Assembly: GCF_013315695.1 (NCBI RefSeq)
Contig: NZ_CP054353.1
Length of the DNA stretch: 64,000 nucleotides
DNA from: Escherichia coli
GTDB taxonomy: Bacteria > Pseudomonadota > Gammaproteobacteria > Enterobacterales > Enterobacteriaceae
Direction: 5' to 3' (one strand)
The notes under the pieces are model-generated. The model was not told the origin of the DNA and ran no database searches. It was given only the letters and a program-made list of their open reading frames with translations. The position numbers and the translations under genes are program-made. This document shows, piece by piece, positions 63,732-64,000 of this stretch. The number at the start of each line of letters is the position of its first letter. The first letter of the stretch is position 1.

Positions 63732-63806
63732 TACGCCCTCTCTTGAATACCGGATAAAAACACAGTATAAATACTGTATATACACCCAGTAAAGAGGCAA
63801 TGAGCA

Positions 63807-64000
63807 ATGTTCGTGGAACTCGTTTATGGCAAAAGGAATTTTGATGGACTGCCCGGTGCAAAAGATATCATTCTGGGCGAGTTGACCAAGAGGGTTCACC
63901 GGATTTTCCCCGGCGCTGATGTCCGGGTTAAACCGATGATGACATTGCCGGCGATCAACACTGACGCCAACAAGCATGAGAATGAACAGATAAGCCGTAC
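63807..64000 (+). CDS. DinI-like protein (partial; runs off window end)
   Basis: RBS aaagagg then MFVELVYGKRNFDGLPGAKDIILGELTKRVHRIFPGADVRVKPMMTLPAINTDANKHENEQISR, recalled as prophage DinI-family protein. Confidence 0.6.
   Translation, partial: MFVELVYGKRNFDGLPGAKDIILGELTKRVHRIFPGADVRVKPMMTLPAINTDANKHENEQISR

Overview
Enterobacterial (E. coli/Shigella-type) chromosomal segment collinear with the K-12 rnb-pdeR-pyrF-lapAB-acnA-cysB-topA-sohB-btuR / rluB-yciQ-yciO-trpH-trpLEDCBA-yciGFE / ompW-yciCBA-tonB-yciI region. All gene names come from reading the translated ORFs against remembered protein sequences; no database search was run. The backbone is interrupted by four accessory insertions. 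(1) A ~2.2 kb low-GC islet in the convergent btuR/rluB intergenic region, encoding a lipoprotein and a co-operonic 102-aa protein of unknown function; the lipoprotein signal-peptide coding region is split by an IS1 copy with a 9-bp target duplication. (2) A second, directly repeated IS1 abutting a decayed yciE, with no target duplication. (3) A ~21 kb defective lambdoid prophage between that IS1 and the 3' end of ompW. It has int/xis, a RecE-like exonuclease, a Rac-like immunity region, O/DnaC-like replication genes with iterons, a nin-like region with RusA, a hok-family toxin and a QueH-like gene, then a Q-like gene, an orphan DNA methyltransferase, three tRNAs, nanS-p and a pinholin/endolysin/Rz-Rz1 cassette. 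It has no stx genes and no head or tail genes. (4) An AT-rich cassette downstream of yciI encoding an LtaS-like membrane enzyme, flanked by truncated genes and a DinI-like gene. The most interesting candidates for undescribed biology are the btuR-rluB islet, the prophage QueH-like moron, the two extra genes between holin and endolysin, the repeat-rich ORF-poor region at the stx-equivalent position, and the AT-rich LtaS-like cassette.
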